In this document: piece after piece, positions 1 to 9,876 of the stretch | Position numbering within the stretch: position 1 is the stretch's first letter | How the letters are laid out: every line of letters begins with the position of its first letter | Position numbers and translations under genes: made by a program | NCBI GenBank assembly: GCA_039831155.1 | Contig: JBDONT010000011.1 | Coordinates: forward strand, 32,367 to 96,366 | Direction: 5' to 3' | Origin: Nautiliaceae bacterium | GTDB lineage: Bacteria > Campylobacterota > Campylobacteria > Campylobacterales > Nautiliaceae | Length of the DNA stretch: 64,000 bases | Notes under the pieces: model-generated | What the model was told of the DNA's origin: nothing | Seen by the model: the letters and a program-made list of their open reading frames with translations, nothing else | The model's database searches: none

Positions 1-2
1 AG

Positions 3-791
3 TTATCTTTTAAGATTGTTTACCGTTTGTAGCATTTCGTCGCTGGTAACTATCGCTTTACTGGCGGCGTCATATGCTCTTTGACCGGTAATTAAATCGG
101 TCATCTCTTCTACAAGCTGAACGTTACTCATCTCTACAAACCCCTGTCTAAGTTCTCCTGCCCCGTCAAGTCCCGGAGTCGTTACTATAGCTACACCGGA
201 AGCCGATGTGTCTATGTATAAATTACTACCTAAAGAATGAAGACCGGCCGGGTTTATAAATTTTGCTAGTTGAATTTGTCCGATTTGCTGCATTTGGGTT
301 TGCCCGGCTTCTAGGATACTTACCGTTCCGTCCGTTCCTATTGAGATTTGAACGGTATCTGCCGGAATTGTGATATTCGGTACTAGTTTATAACCGTCAC
401 TTGTAACTATGTTTCCTTCTGCATCCAGTTTAAAAGCTCCGTCTCTTGTATAAGCTATTCTTCCGTCGGGAAGCTGTACTTGAAAAAATCCGTCCCCTTG
501 AATTGCAACGTCTAGGTTGTTTCCCGTTTCTTTAAAGTTTCCTTGAGTAAATATTTTAGTAACGGCTGTCGGTCTTACTCCAAGCCCTACGTTTATACCG
601 GTTGGGGATTGAGTTGTCGTTGATGTTGAAGTTCCGGCATACTCCATAGTTTGATAAAAAAGGTCGGCAAATTCCGCTCTTTGTTTTTTATATCCTATAG
701 TATTTACGTTTGATATATTGTTTGAGACGACGTCTATTTGCATTTGTTGAGCCATCATACCGGTTGCCGCACTGTAAAGACTTCTTACCAT
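3..791 (-). CDS. flgG: Flagellar basal-body distal rod protein FlgG
   Basis: N-terminal SNNISNVNTIGYK rod motif, YTRDGAF, C-terminal EMSNVQLVEEMTDLITGQRAY; 262 aa. Confidence 0.97.
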   Translation of the reverse strand: MVRSLYSAATGMMAQQMQIDVVSNNISNVNTIGYKKQRAEFADLFYQTMEYAGTSTSTTTQSPTGINVGLGVRPTAVTKIFTQGNFKETGNNLDVAIQGDGFFQVQLPDGRIAYTRDGAFKLDAEGNIVTSDGYKLVPNITIPADTVQISIGTDGTVSILEAGQTQMQQIGQIQLAKFINPAGLHSLGSNLYIDTSASGVAIVTTPGLDGAGELRQGFVEMSNVQLVEEMTDLITGQRAYDAASKAIVTSDEMLQTVNNLKR

Positions 792-812
792 TGTTTACCT
801 TTTTTTTAAGTT

Positions 813-830
813 AAGCAAAAATTGTTCCTA
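813..830 (-). promoter_or_regulatory. Sigma54 (-24/-12) promoter of flgG
   Basis: Minus strand TAGGAACAATTTTTGCTT = GG-N10-GC, matching the Campylobacterota GGAAC-N5-TTGCTT form; overlaps the flgF stop codon. Confidence 0.8.
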
Positions 831-1613
831 TACTCTTACATTTGCTAGTTTTTCAATAGCGTCACGGTTTAAATCGTCCATATATGTAGTCATTACTTTT
901 TGGTATTCTTCCACTAATCTGTTTGTTTCTATGAGATTGGTCATTTGGGATATCGGATTTACGTTTGATTTTTCTAAAAATCCTTGAAGCGTTGAGTTTT
1001 TAGGATTTAGGGTAACGGTTTGGGGGATAAAATCAAACATATTATCTCCGACTTTTTTTAAAGTGTTTAGATTATCTACCGATGAGATTTTTAAAGTTGC
1101 TATTTTTTGGTGGTTTTGGTAGATATTTGCGTTTTTGTCTATTGTAATAGGGTAGTTGGGAGAGAGTTGAATGGGCTTGTTTTTTTCGTCTAGTACTTTA
1201 AATCCGTCTTTATTTACCAAAAATCCGTCTTTGTCTATTTGAAAGTTCCCAGCACGCGTTAGTCTCTCGCCACCCGGGGTTTGAATTGAAAAAAACTGGT
1301 TTTTCTGTTTTAGGGCTATATCCAGAGGGTTTGACGTTTTTTTAATATCCCCTATACTAAAATCGGTATACTCTTCTACTACTATAGGGACTTTGTTTAA
1401 GTTTCTGTTTAAAAATTTAGCCGCTTCTTTTGTGTTGTTTTCAAGAGGCAATTCGTCTCTTTTTTCGCTAAATATTCGTTCAAAATCGCCGATTATAATA
1501 TCGTCTTGTTTAAAGCCCGGGGTGTTGACATTTGCTAAATTATTTGATATTACATTAAGTCTATTAAATTGGGTTACCATTGCACCGGTAGTGTCGTAAT
1601 AGCCGTTTAGCAT
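828..1613 (-). CDS. flgF: Flagellar basal-body rod protein FlgF (FlgG2-type)
   Basis: SNNLANVNTPGFK, LTRAGNF and LEKSNVN rod-family motifs; directly upstream of flgG. Confidence 0.88.
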   Translation of the reverse strand: MLNGYYDTTGAMVTQFNRLNVISNNLANVNTPGFKQDDIIIGDFERIFSEKRDELPLENNTKEAAKFLNRNLNKVPIVVEEYTDFSIGDIKKTSNPLDIALKQKNQFFSIQTPGGERLTRAGNFQIDKDGFLVNKDGFKVLDEKNKPIQLSPNYPITIDKNANIYQNHQKIATLKISSVDNLNTLKKVGDNMFDFIPQTVTLNPKNSTLQGFLEKSNVNPISQMTNLIETNRLVEEYQKVMTTYMDDLNRDAIEKLANVRV

Positions 1614-1634
1614 TGAAAAACCTTTTTAAATTTA

Positions 1635-1652
1635 AAGCAATAATCGTTCCGA
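1635..1652 (-). promoter_or_regulatory. Sigma54 (-24/-12) promoter of flgF
   Basis: Minus strand TCGGAACGATTATTGCTT = GG-N10-GC; the GC lies about 24 nt upstream of the flgF ATG. Confidence 0.8.
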
Positions 1653-1697
1653 AAAAATTTAGTATAATTTCAGCCCTCAATTTACAAAGGAGTATAA

Positions 1698-3512
1698 ATG
1701 GCATTGCCTAAAGAACTTGAAAAACTTTTCAAAACCAATAAAAACGGAATAGTTACTTACGAAACTATAGTAAACCTTTTACCTAAAGTTCCTACAAAAG
1801 CTCAAAGTAAAGAGATTTTAAAAGCTGCAAAAGAGAATAATATAAGATTAATGACGGCAGCTGAAGTTGCTAAACTTAAAAACCTTGAAGATGTTGTTAA
1901 GAGTGAAGAAGAGAGAGAAAGAAAAAAAGAAGAACTTGCAGAAGAGATTTTAAAAGATAAAGAACTGCTTGAGTGGAGTAGGTCTGATAGTCCTGTTAGG
2001 ATGTATTTAAGGGAAATGGGGCATATTCCACTTCTTGATAAAGATGAAGAGATTGAAATTTTTAGAAGAATTCAACTTGGCGAAGAGATTATATTAGACG
2101 CTATTTGTTCAATTCCTTTTTTAATTGATTTGGTTTTAAAATATAAAGAGCCTCTTTTAAACAGGGAAAGAAGAGTAAAAGAGCTTTTTAAAAGCTTTGT
2201 CGATGAAGAAGAGGTTGATGACGAAGAGTCTAAAGAAGGAAAAAGACAGAAAAAAATATCTTTAAGAGAAAAAAGAATTAACGAACTCTTTAAAAATCTT
2301 GAAAAAGCGAAAAAAGAATGGGAAAAAGTACTTGATGAGTATGACAGGGTAATTAACGCTAAAGATATGGATGAGCTTGAGAGACTTCATAAAATACTTC
2401 AGCTTACATTTAAAAAGAAAAAAGTAAAAGAATCTCTTAATGAGCTCGGATATACTTCAAAACTTATTAATGAAATCGTAAAAACCGTTGAAACGGCTTT
2501 AAAAGGCGATAAAGATTTTGAAAAAGAACTTAAGAAAAAAGAGTATAGACTGCCACTTTTTAACGAACAGCTTAGAAAGCTTCATAAAGAGATTTTAAGC
2601 AAAATTACGGAATTATCTAAAGAAGATATAGCGGTAATGGTTCCGGAACATACTATGGTAAACGTATATATGGATATTAAAAAACTTGTTGAAGCAAAAA
2701 AAGCCAGCGAAAATATGTTTGGAATGGACCCTAAAAAGCTTGAAGTAATTTTAGAACAGCTAAAAAGAGGTAAAAAAATCGTAACGGAAGCAAAAGAAAA
2801 AATGGCAAGAGCGAATTTAAGACTTGTTGTAAGTATCGCTAAAAAATATACCAATAGAGGTCTTCCGTTTCTGGATTTGATTCAAGAAGGAAATATCGGT
2901 CTTATGAAAGCTATTGATAAGTTTGAATTTGAAAAAGGGTATAAATTTTCAACATATGCCACATGGTGGATTAGACAGGCAATTAGCCGTGCCATTGCAG
3001 ATCAGGCAAGAACGGTTAGAATTCCTATTCATATGATTGAAAATATAAACCAAATTAATAAAATAGTTAGAAAATACGTTCAAGAGGAAGGAAAAGAACC
3101 GTCTCTTGAAGTGATTGCAAAAGAGATGAAAATGCCGGTTGAGAAGATTAAACAGATTTTAAAAATCTCAAAAGAACCGGTATCTCTTGAAGCTCCGGTA
3201 GGAGAAGAGGATGACGGAAAATTCGGAGATTTTATTGAAGATAAAACATTTACAAATCCTTATGAAGAGGTGGTAAACGAGGATTTAAGAAAACACATAG
3301 AAGAGATTTTGGAACAACTAAACGAAAGAGAAAGAGCCGTTATTAAGATGAGGTTCGGGCTTATGCCGGATAAGAGTGAGAGAACTTTGGAAGAGATAGG
3401 AAAAGCCCTTAATGTAACAAGAGAGAGAGTTAGACAAATTGAAAGCAGTGCTATTAAAAAGCTTAGACACCCGAATATCGGAAAGTTTTTGAAAAATTAC
3501 ATTGAGGGATAA
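1698..3512 (+). CDS. rpoD: RNA polymerase primary sigma factor RpoD
   Basis: [12 protein letters not shown] (region 1.2), [71 protein letters not shown] at 1663-1668. Confidence 0.98.
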   Translation: MALPKELEKLFKTNKNGIVTYETIVNLLPKVPTKAQSKEILKAAKENNIRLMTAAEVAKLKNLEDVVKSEEERERKKEELAEEILKDKELLEWSRSDSPVRMYLREMGHIPLLDKDEEIEIFRRIQLGEEIILDAICSIPFLIDLVLKYKEPLLNRERRVKELFKSFVDEEEVDDEESKEGKRQKKISLREKRINELFKNLEKAKKEWEKVLDEYDRVINAKDMDELERLHKILQLTFKKKKVKESLNELGYTSKLINEIVKTVETALKGDKDFEKELKKKEYRLPLFNEQLRKLHKEILSKITELSKEDIAVMVPEHTMVNVYMDIKKLVEAKKASENMFGMDPKKLEVILEQLKRGKKIVTEAKEKMARANLRLVVSIAKKYTNRGLPFLDLIQEGNIGLMKAIDKFEFEKGYKFSTYATWWIRQAISRAIADQARTVRIPIHMIENINQINKIVRKYVQEEGKEPSLEVIAKEMKMPVEKIKQILKISKEPVSLEAPVGEEDDGKFGDFIEDKTFTNPYEEVVNEDLRKHIEEILEQLNERERAVIKMRFGLMPDKSERTLEEIGKALNVTRERVRQIESSAIKKLRHPNIGKFLKNYIEG

Positions 3513-4307
3513 ATGAAAAAAGATGTTATCTCAAAAGAGATTGTAAAAAGGGTAATTAAAGATTTAGCCAAAAACATCTTAAAAATTGAAATAAAAGAAC
3601 TAAAACTCTTAGATACCGAATTTGAGAGGATAGAGTCAAGAAGAGTCGATATTTTGGCTCTTGTTGATGAAACTTATTTACTTCATATCGAACTTCAAAG
3701 TCACTATGACTCTAATATGCCGTATAGAATGCTTAGGTACTACATCGATATAAAACAAAAATATAATTTTCCAATTAAGCAGTTTGTTGTTTTTTTGGGT
3801 AAAGGAAAATTGAAAGACAAAATAGAAGATGAGGTTTTGAAATTTAGGTATAATGTTATTGATATGAAAAAACTTGACTGCGATATATTTTTGAATAGTG
3901 AAGTACCAGAATCGCTGGTATTATCCGTTTTGTGCGATTTTAAAAATAAAAAACCGAATAAAGTTGTGGAAGAGATTATTCAAAAGCTCTTAAAAATTTC
4001 TAAAAGCAGACAAAATTTTGAAAATTATATTTTGATGTTGGAAGAGCTAAGCTCTCTTAGGGATTTAAAAGAGCTTGTAAAGGAGAGTGAAATGATACTT
4101 ACAAGTAAGGTAAAATGGGAAGATTTACCAAGCTATGAGATAGGTCTTGAAAAGGGAATGGAAAAAGGTATCGAAAAAGAGAAAGAAGTAGTGATATTAA
4201 ACGGATATAAAATGGGTCTTAAAATAGAAGATATTGCACTTTTGGTAAATAGTAGCGTAAGTGAAGTTAAAAAAGTTTTAAAGAGAAATAATGTGGAAGT
4301 TAATTGA
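3513..4307 (+). CDS. Rpn/YhgA-like PD-(D/E)xK nuclease (recombination-promoting nuclease / putative transposase family)
   Basis: RRVDIL..LHIELQS..NMPYRMLRY nuclease signature; C-terminal GLEKGMEKGIEK repeat and HTH-like tail. Confidence 0.8.
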   Translation: MKKDVISKEIVKRVIKDLAKNILKIEIKELKLLDTEFERIESRRVDILALVDETYLLHIELQSHYDSNMPYRMLRYYIDIKQKYNFPIKQFVVFLGKGKLKDKIEDEVLKFRYNVIDMKKLDCDIFLNSEVPESLVLSVLCDFKNKKPNKVVEEIIQKLLKISKSRQNFENYILMLEELSSLRDLKELVKESEMILTSKVKWEDLPSYEIGLEKGMEKGIEKEKEVVILNGYKMGLKIEDIALLVNSSVSEVKKVLKRNNVEVN

Positions 4308-5076
4308 AGAGTATTTAGTTAGGTTTATAAAAGAAGAAATTACAAAAACTGGACTTAAAAGAGGGATATGTGGACTTAGTGGAGGGATTGACAGTGCCGT
4401 TGTGGCAGTGCTTGCAAAAAAAGCGTTAGGAGATAATTTTAAGGCTTTTATGCTTCCAAGTCAATTTTCTTCCCCTTCTTCTATTGAAGATGCAAAAAAG
4501 CTTTGTGAAAAGTTTGATATAGATTATGAGATAATTTCTATCGCTCCACTTCTTAATGCGTATCCTATTGACGATAAAGTGAGGTTTGGTAATTTTTCTG
4601 CAAGAATGAGAATGGCAATTTTATATGATAAATCTGCTGAGCTTTCTGCGTTAGTAATTGGTACGAGTAATAAGAGTGAGCTTTTATTAGGATACGGGAC
4701 TCTGTTTGGGGATTTGGCAAGTGCCCTAAATCCAATAGGGGATTTATATAAAAGTGAAATTTTTGAATTTGCCAGGTATCTTGGGGTTAAAGAAGAGATT
4801 ATTAACAAACCTCCAAGTGCCGATTTGTGGGAGGGGCAAAGTGATGAAAAGGAGCTTGGATACACGTATGAGGAGCTTGATAAAGTTCTTAGGGATTTTG
4901 TGGACGAAAGAGCGACAAAAGATGAGCTTTTAAGAAAATACGATAAAGATTTGGTTGAATTTGTATTGAGAAAAGTTTATTTTAATCAGTTTAAAAGAAA
5001 AATGCCGATAATTGCTAAGCTTAAATCAAGAACTATTACTCACGACTTTTTGTATGAAAGAGATATTAAATTGTAA
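4291..5076 (+). CDS. nadE: NH3-dependent NAD+ synthetase
   Basis: GLSGGIDSAV, ARMRM, GTSNKSE, KPPSADLW motifs. Confidence 0.96.
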   Translation: MWKLIEEYLVRFIKEEITKTGLKRGICGLSGGIDSAVVAVLAKKALGDNFKAFMLPSQFSSPSSIEDAKKLCEKFDIDYEIISIAPLLNAYPIDDKVRFGNFSARMRMAILYDKSAELSALVIGTSNKSELLLGYGTLFGDLASALNPIGDLYKSEIFEFARYLGVKEEIINKPPSADLWEGQSDEKELGYTYEELDKVLRDFVDERATKDELLRKYDKDLVEFVLRKVYFNQFKRKMPIIAKLKSRTITHDFLYERDIKL

Positions 5077-5077
5077 A

Positions 5078-5971
5078 ATGGAGCGTTTAAAAGTTTTGGT
5101 TTATAGATTTTTTGAAGAGATGCTTTTTTATCCGAAATGGTATCATTGGCCTATAATTATTTTACTTCTTCCTTTTTCTTTTATTTATATGACGATAGTT
5201 CATTTTAAATTCCCCAGAAAACTTGAAAATTTAAAAATCCCTATAGTATCTGTAGGGAATATTATCGTAGGTGGTAGTGGAAAAACACCGTTTACGATAG
5301 CTTTGGCAAATGAGTTTAATTCTTATAAACCGGCTGTTGTTTTAAGGGGATACGCAAGAGAGAGTAAAGGGCTTTTTGTAGTAAGCGAGTGGGGGGATAT
5401 TAAAACGGATGTAAAAACAAGTGGCGATGAGGCTATGGAAATAGCTCTTAGTACTGAAGCTTTGGTAATTGTGAGTGAAGATAGAAAAAGTGGAATTTTA
5501 AAAGCCAAAGAACTTGGTGCCGGATTTGTTATACTTGATGACGGCTTTGATAAGCCTTTTAAGAAATTAAATATCGTAATAGATGAAAAGATAAAAAATC
5601 CTTTTTGTTTACCGGCCGGAGGATATAGGTATCCTAGAATTGCTCTAAGATATGCCGATTTGGTTTTAAAAGAAAGAAGGGATTTTAAAAGAGAGGTTAA
5701 GTGTCCAAAAGGAGATATTTTAGTAACGGCTATTTCCAAACCTAAAAGATTGCTTAAGTTTTGCAAACTGCCTTATAAATTTTTCCCGGACCATTATGAA
5801 TTTAAACAAAAAGATTTAAAAGAGTTTAAAAATAAAACGCTTATCACTACAATGAAAGATTATGTGAAACTCAAAGAGTTTAAGCTGGATTTAAGAATAA
5901 TAAGATTAAATATTATTATAAATGAAGAAATTTTGAAACAAATAGAAAATTATCTGATAAAATTTCAATAA
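5078..5971 (+). CDS. lpxK: Tetraacyldisaccharide 4'-kinase
   Basis: SVGNIIVGGSGKTP, RGY, GDEA, ILDDGF, FPDHY, TTMKD; ATG at 5078 preferred over the TTG at 5012 that overlaps nadE. Confidence 0.93.
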   Translation: MERLKVLVYRFFEEMLFYPKWYHWPIIILLLPFSFIYMTIVHFKFPRKLENLKIPIVSVGNIIVGGSGKTPFTIALANEFNSYKPAVVLRGYARESKGLFVVSEWGDIKTDVKTSGDEAMEIALSTEALVIVSEDRKSGILKAKELGAGFVILDDGFDKPFKKLNIVIDEKIKNPFCLPAGGYRYPRIALRYADLVLKERRDFKREVKCPKGDILVTAISKPKRLLKFCKLPYKFFPDHYEFKQKDLKEFKNKTLITTMKDYVKLKEFKLDLRIIRLNIIINEEILKQIENYLIKFQ

Positions 5972-5983
5972 AAAGGTTTTAAA

Positions 5984-6541
5984 GTGGAGATTAAAGAAAA
6001 ATTAAAGCAAGAAGAAGAACTCTTAGTAAAAGTGTTTAAGCTTGAGAAATTTGTAAAAAAATATAAATTTCATTTAATAGGAGCCGGGGTACTTATTGTT
6101 TTAATTGCGATAGGGAGTTATGTTAATTCTTATTTAAAAGAACAAAAGTTAATCAAAACCAACGAAGCTTACAATAAACTTCTTGCAAATCCGAATGATA
6201 AAGAGGCTTTAAAAATTGTAAAAGAGAATAAAAAACTTTATGATTTATATCTTTTAAGTACCGATAAAATTGAAAATTTACAAAAAATCACTACTCCGGA
6301 ATTAAAAGCTATAGCGGCTTATAAAATAGCGATGATTAAAGGGGATGAAAAGTCTCTTGAAAACTATCTTTTAAATCCCGAATATAAAATTTTAAAAGAC
6401 CCGGTAAGATTTGCTTTGATTAGACTTTATTTAAAAGACGGAAATAGAAAAAAAGCAGAAGTTATTTATAATCAGCTTTCGCCGAATTCGGAATTAAAGC
6501 CGCTTGCTAAATATTTAATTCATTATGGGATTGTTAAATGA
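5984..6541 (+). CDS. Conserved hypothetical membrane-anchored helical (YfgM/TPR-like) protein
   Basis: Single TM segment near the N-terminus followed by a helical repeat-like region; precedes a beta-propeller-like lipoprotein. Confidence 0.6.
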   Translation: MEIKEKLKQEEELLVKVFKLEKFVKKYKFHLIGAGVLIVLIAIGSYVNSYLKEQKLIKTNEAYNKLLANPNDKEALKIVKENKKLYDLYLLSTDKIENLQKITTPELKAIAAYKIAMIKGDEKSLENYLLNPEYKILKDPVRFALIRLYLKDGNRKKAEVIYNQLSPNSELKPLAKYLIHYGIVK

Positions 6542-7536
6542 GATATCTTTTATTAGTGCTTTTTTTGATTTTTAACGGATGTGCCGATAAGGTTTTTGAG
6601 CCTAAAAAGGTTGAAGTTAAAAAGTTAAAATCAAAAGATTTTAAAGAATTAAAAGAGTATACAAAACATAATTTTACTTTTGCCGACTTTAAATTAAAGT
6701 ATTCAAAACCCGATATTGCTTTTGACGGTGTAGAGGGAGTGGAGGTTCATTACGATTTAAACGGAACTTATTTGGGTAAATTTAATAAAGCAAACGATAA
6801 CTTGGCAGTTTTTGGAAATAAAATTTTTGTTTTAGATGAAAATAAAACTTATTCTCTGCCTTTTGTAATTTATGGGGCTACTAAACATAAAAATAAAATA
6901 GCGGTTGTTTTTGAAAACGGAAAATACGGTATTTTTGATACTAAAACAAAAAAAATGACTTCTGTTCTTCAAAGTGATGAGACTTTAAGCGTTAAATATC
7001 TCCACGCAAATCCCGTTTTTTACAATAATTTGGTTTTATTTCCTTTAATAACCGGAAATGTGGCTGTTGCGGATTTAAACGGAAATTATATAAGGACTCT
7101 TTCCATTTCTCAAAATCCATTTAACGATAACGTTATATTCTTAAAAATAGTAAACGGTAAGCTTTTTATGGCTACTCCTAGCCGTTTGATACTTTTTGAC
7201 CCTAACTTTTTGATAGATTACAGTGCGGATATTAAACATATTATCGCTTATAACGGATATTTGTATATTTTTACGCCGGATGGAGAGATTATAAAGTTAA
7301 ATTCCGATTTAAAAGAGATAAAAAAAGTAAAACTTCCTTATGCTAGTTTTTATGCACCTGGTGTTTGTAAAGGAAATATTTATACGGTTGAAAAGGAAGG
7401 GTATTTGATTAAAATTACTCCTAATTTGAAAGTAACCGTTTATAAAGGAAATAATTTTGATACTACTACCAACAGTATGCTAAAACTTAATAAGTGTAAA
7501 ATCTATAATTACGACAAGGTGTTTATAATTGAGTAG
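6538..7536 (+). CDS. Lipoprotein, beta-propeller/PQQ-like (BamB/PgbB-like)
   Basis: Lipobox-like FNGC after a hydrophobic signal; beta-rich repeats; ANPVF..LVLFP..G, FNDNVIFL. Confidence 0.6.
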   Translation: MRYLLLVLFLIFNGCADKVFEPKKVEVKKLKSKDFKELKEYTKHNFTFADFKLKYSKPDIAFDGVEGVEVHYDLNGTYLGKFNKANDNLAVFGNKIFVLDENKTYSLPFVIYGATKHKNKIAVVFENGKYGIFDTKTKKMTSVLQSDETLSVKYLHANPVFYNNLVLFPLITGNVAVADLNGNYIRTLSISQNPFNDNVIFLKIVNGKLFMATPSRLILFDPNFLIDYSADIKHIIAYNGYLYIFTPDGEIIKLNSDLKEIKKVKLPYASFYAPGVCKGNIYTVEKEGYLIKITPNLKVTVYKGNNFDTTTNSMLKLNKCKIYNYDKVFIIE

Positions 7537-8356
7537 ATATTTAGAGGCTTTTTTGGAGTATCTAAAGATAAATAAAGGTGTAAGCAACCACACTTATAAC
7601 GCTTATAAAAGAGATTTGACTCAATTTGAGGAGTTTATCGGAAAGCCTATTATCGAGGCTGATAACAGAGATATTATCTCTTTTTTATCTACTATTGAAA
7701 ATAAACGTTCTTTAAACAGAAAATTAAGTGCTATTAATTCGTTTTTTGATTTTGCGTATAAAAGAGACTGGGTTGAGAGTAAACACAAAATAAAACAAGC
7801 GAAAATTCCTAAAAATTTGCCTAAATATTTGACTAAAGAGGAGATTTTAAGAGGAGTTGAGCTGATTGATACCAGAATGTGGTACGGACTTAGGGATAAG
7901 GCTTTAATTTTGTTTTTATATGCGACGGGGCTTAGAATCAGTGAGGCTTTAAACGTAAAGCTTAGCGATATTGAAGACGGATGGGTTAAGGTTGAGATGT
8001 CAAAAGGAGAAAAGCAAAGAGTTGTGCCTATAGCTCCTATGGCTATGAGTGCTATTAAAGAGTATCTTCATAAAAGACCTTGTAACAGTGAATATCTTTT
8101 TGTAAATAAAAACTGTAAGCCTCTCTCTAGAATCAGTGCTTTTAAAATTACTAAAAAATATCTAAACGTCTCTCCTCACGTTCTTAGACACTCGTTTGCC
8201 ACGGCTCTTGTTTTAGGAGGAGCTGATTTGAGAGTCGTTCAAGAACTTCTTGGACACTCTTCTTTAAACACCACTCAAATTTATACTCATATTCAAAAAG
8301 AGAATTTAAAAGAGACCGTTTTAAAATATCATCCTTTAGAGATGCTTGATGAGTAG
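7529..8356 (+). CDS. Tyrosine recombinase, XerD/XerC-like
   Basis: Intact catalytic residues: YATGLRISE, KGEKQR, HVLRHSFAT, LLGH, TTQIY; N-terminal SNHTYNAYKRDL. Confidence 0.9.
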   Translation: MSRYLEAFLEYLKINKGVSNHTYNAYKRDLTQFEEFIGKPIIEADNRDIISFLSTIENKRSLNRKLSAINSFFDFAYKRDWVESKHKIKQAKIPKNLPKYLTKEEILRGVELIDTRMWYGLRDKALILFLYATGLRISEALNVKLSDIEDGWVKVEMSKGEKQRVVPIAPMAMSAIKEYLHKRPCNSEYLFVNKNCKPLSRISAFKITKKYLNVSPHVLRHSFATALVLGGADLRVVQELLGHSSLNTTQIYTHIQKENLKETVLKYHPLEMLDE

Positions 8357-8660
8357 TTTTAAAGAACTGACGGATATTTTAATAAAACACGGGATTTTGT
8401 GTAAAAAGCTAAAAGAGCTTAAATTAAACACCAGAAAAAAGTTGAAAGCCTATTTGGGAATAAATTTAAAAAACGAATATTGTTTTATAGTTAAACTTGA
8501 GAAAAGAAGCAGATTTTTAAGAAAAGATATTGAAACTTTATATGAGTTTATGCCAAAAGAGATTAATTTTAGATATAAAAAGAAAATTCTTATATTAAAT
8601 TCTCCGATATGTTCAAAAGCTAAAGAGGAACTTAAAAGTTGGAAAATAATATGGTCTTAG
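8349..8660 (+). CDS. Conserved hypothetical basic protein
   Basis: ORF overlapping both neighbours in the operon; SRFLRKD and PICSKA segments. Confidence 0.6.
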   Translation: MSSFKELTDILIKHGILCKKLKELKLNTRKKLKAYLGINLKNEYCFIVKLEKRSRFLRKDIETLYEFMPKEINFRYKKKILILNSPICSKAKEELKSWKIIWS

Positions 8661-9262
8661 TGGATATAGGCAATACCAATTTTCATATTTTTGACGGTAG
8701 AAAAGTAACTCATACCAAAAGGATAGTCTCTTTTAATGACGATGTTTATTATATAAGCGTAAATAAAATTAAAGAAAAAGAGTTTTTAAGTAAAAATCCG
8801 GAAGCTGTTAATTTAAAAGAGTTTGTAAAATTTGAAACTTCTTATAAGGAGCTTGGTATTGACAGAATAATGGCTTGTAAGAGTGTAAAAGAGGGTGTTG
8901 TGGTTGATGCCGGAAGTGCTATTACTATTGATGTTATGGAAAACGGGGTTCATTTGGGTGGTGTTATAATGCCCGGGCTTTTTAGTTTTAAAAAAGCTTT
9001 TGGTACAATTTCAGAAGTTTTAAAGGTTGAATTTTTTTTAATGGACGACAAAAAACTTCCAAATTCCACCAATGAAGCTTTAAATTACGGGAGTTTGGGG
9101 GCTGTTAAATGTTTGATAGAAAAACTTTCAAACGGTAAAAAGATATTTTTTACCGGGAGTGACGGGAAGTTTTTGTCTGAAATGTTTAGTAATTCGGAGT
9201 TTGTGGAAGATTTGGTATTTAGAGGAATGTTAAAGACAATAAACGAAATGGAGAGAAAATGA
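8651..9262 (+). CDS. coaX: Type III pantothenate kinase
   Basis: LVDIGNT, LGIDR, VVDAGSAITID, GGVIMPG, TGSDG. Confidence 0.93.
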   Translation: MVLVDIGNTNFHIFDGRKVTHTKRIVSFNDDVYYISVNKIKEKEFLSKNPEAVNLKEFVKFETSYKELGIDRIMACKSVKEGVVVDAGSAITIDVMENGVHLGGVIMPGLFSFKKAFGTISEVLKVEFFLMDDKKLPNSTNEALNYGSLGAVKCLIEKLSNGKKIFFTGSDGKFLSEMFSNSEFVEDLVFRGMLKTINEMERK

Positions 9263-9876
9263 GTTTAACTATAGCTTTGCCAAAAGGTAGAATTGCAAAA
9301 GAAGTATTGGAAATTTTTAAAAAGATTTTTAATGAAGATTTTGAATTTGAAAACAGAAAACTTATTTTAAAAAAAGCCGGGTTTACGTTTTTAAACGTAA
9401 GAAACTGGGATGTCGCGGTTTATGTTCAAAATCAAGCCGCAGATATAGGGGTTGTTGGATTTGATGTTTTGAGTGAATTAGAAAGTGATGTGCTTGAGGT
9501 TATGGATTTGGGGCTTGGTAAATGTAGAGTTAGTGTTGCCGGTATAAAAGGCGATGAGAGTTATAAAGAAAAAACCGAAATAGTGGTGGCAAGTAAACTT
9601 CAAAACATAGCAAAAAAATATTTTTCTAAAAAAGGTATTCCGGCGAGTATTATAAAGCTTAACGGTTCTATCGAACTTGCTCCTCTTGTAGGGCTTAGTG
9701 ATGTGATTGTGGATATTGTAGAAACGGGAAGTACGTTAAGAGAAAACGGGCTTGAAGAAAAAGAGGTTATTATGACTTCAAGTGCCAGAGTTATAGCCAA
9801 TAAAAACTCTTTTATAGAAAAAAAATATGAAATTTTGGATTTATTAAACAAAATAAAGGAAGTTCATGGGGCTTGA
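9259..9876 (+). CDS. hisG: ATP phosphoribosyltransferase, short form
   Basis: IALPKGR, ADIGVVG, GSIELAP, DIVETGSTLRENGL; 205 aa, no C-terminal regulatory domain. Confidence 0.95.
   Translation: MSLTIALPKGRIAKEVLEIFKKIFNEDFEFENRKLILKKAGFTFLNVRNWDVAVYVQNQAADIGVVGFDVLSELESDVLEVMDLGLGKCRVSVAGIKGDESYKEKTEIVVASKLQNIAKKYFSKKGIPASIIKLNGSIELAPLVGLSDVIVDIVETGSTLRENGLEEKEVIMTSSARVIANKNSFIEKKYEILDLLNKIKEVHGA

Noticed and set aside
5012-5077. N-terminal extension of LpxK from TTG 5012 (similarly echA 18942, hydA 52126)
   Set aside because: The lpxK extension overlaps nadE and the others lack an RBS; downstream ATGs fit better
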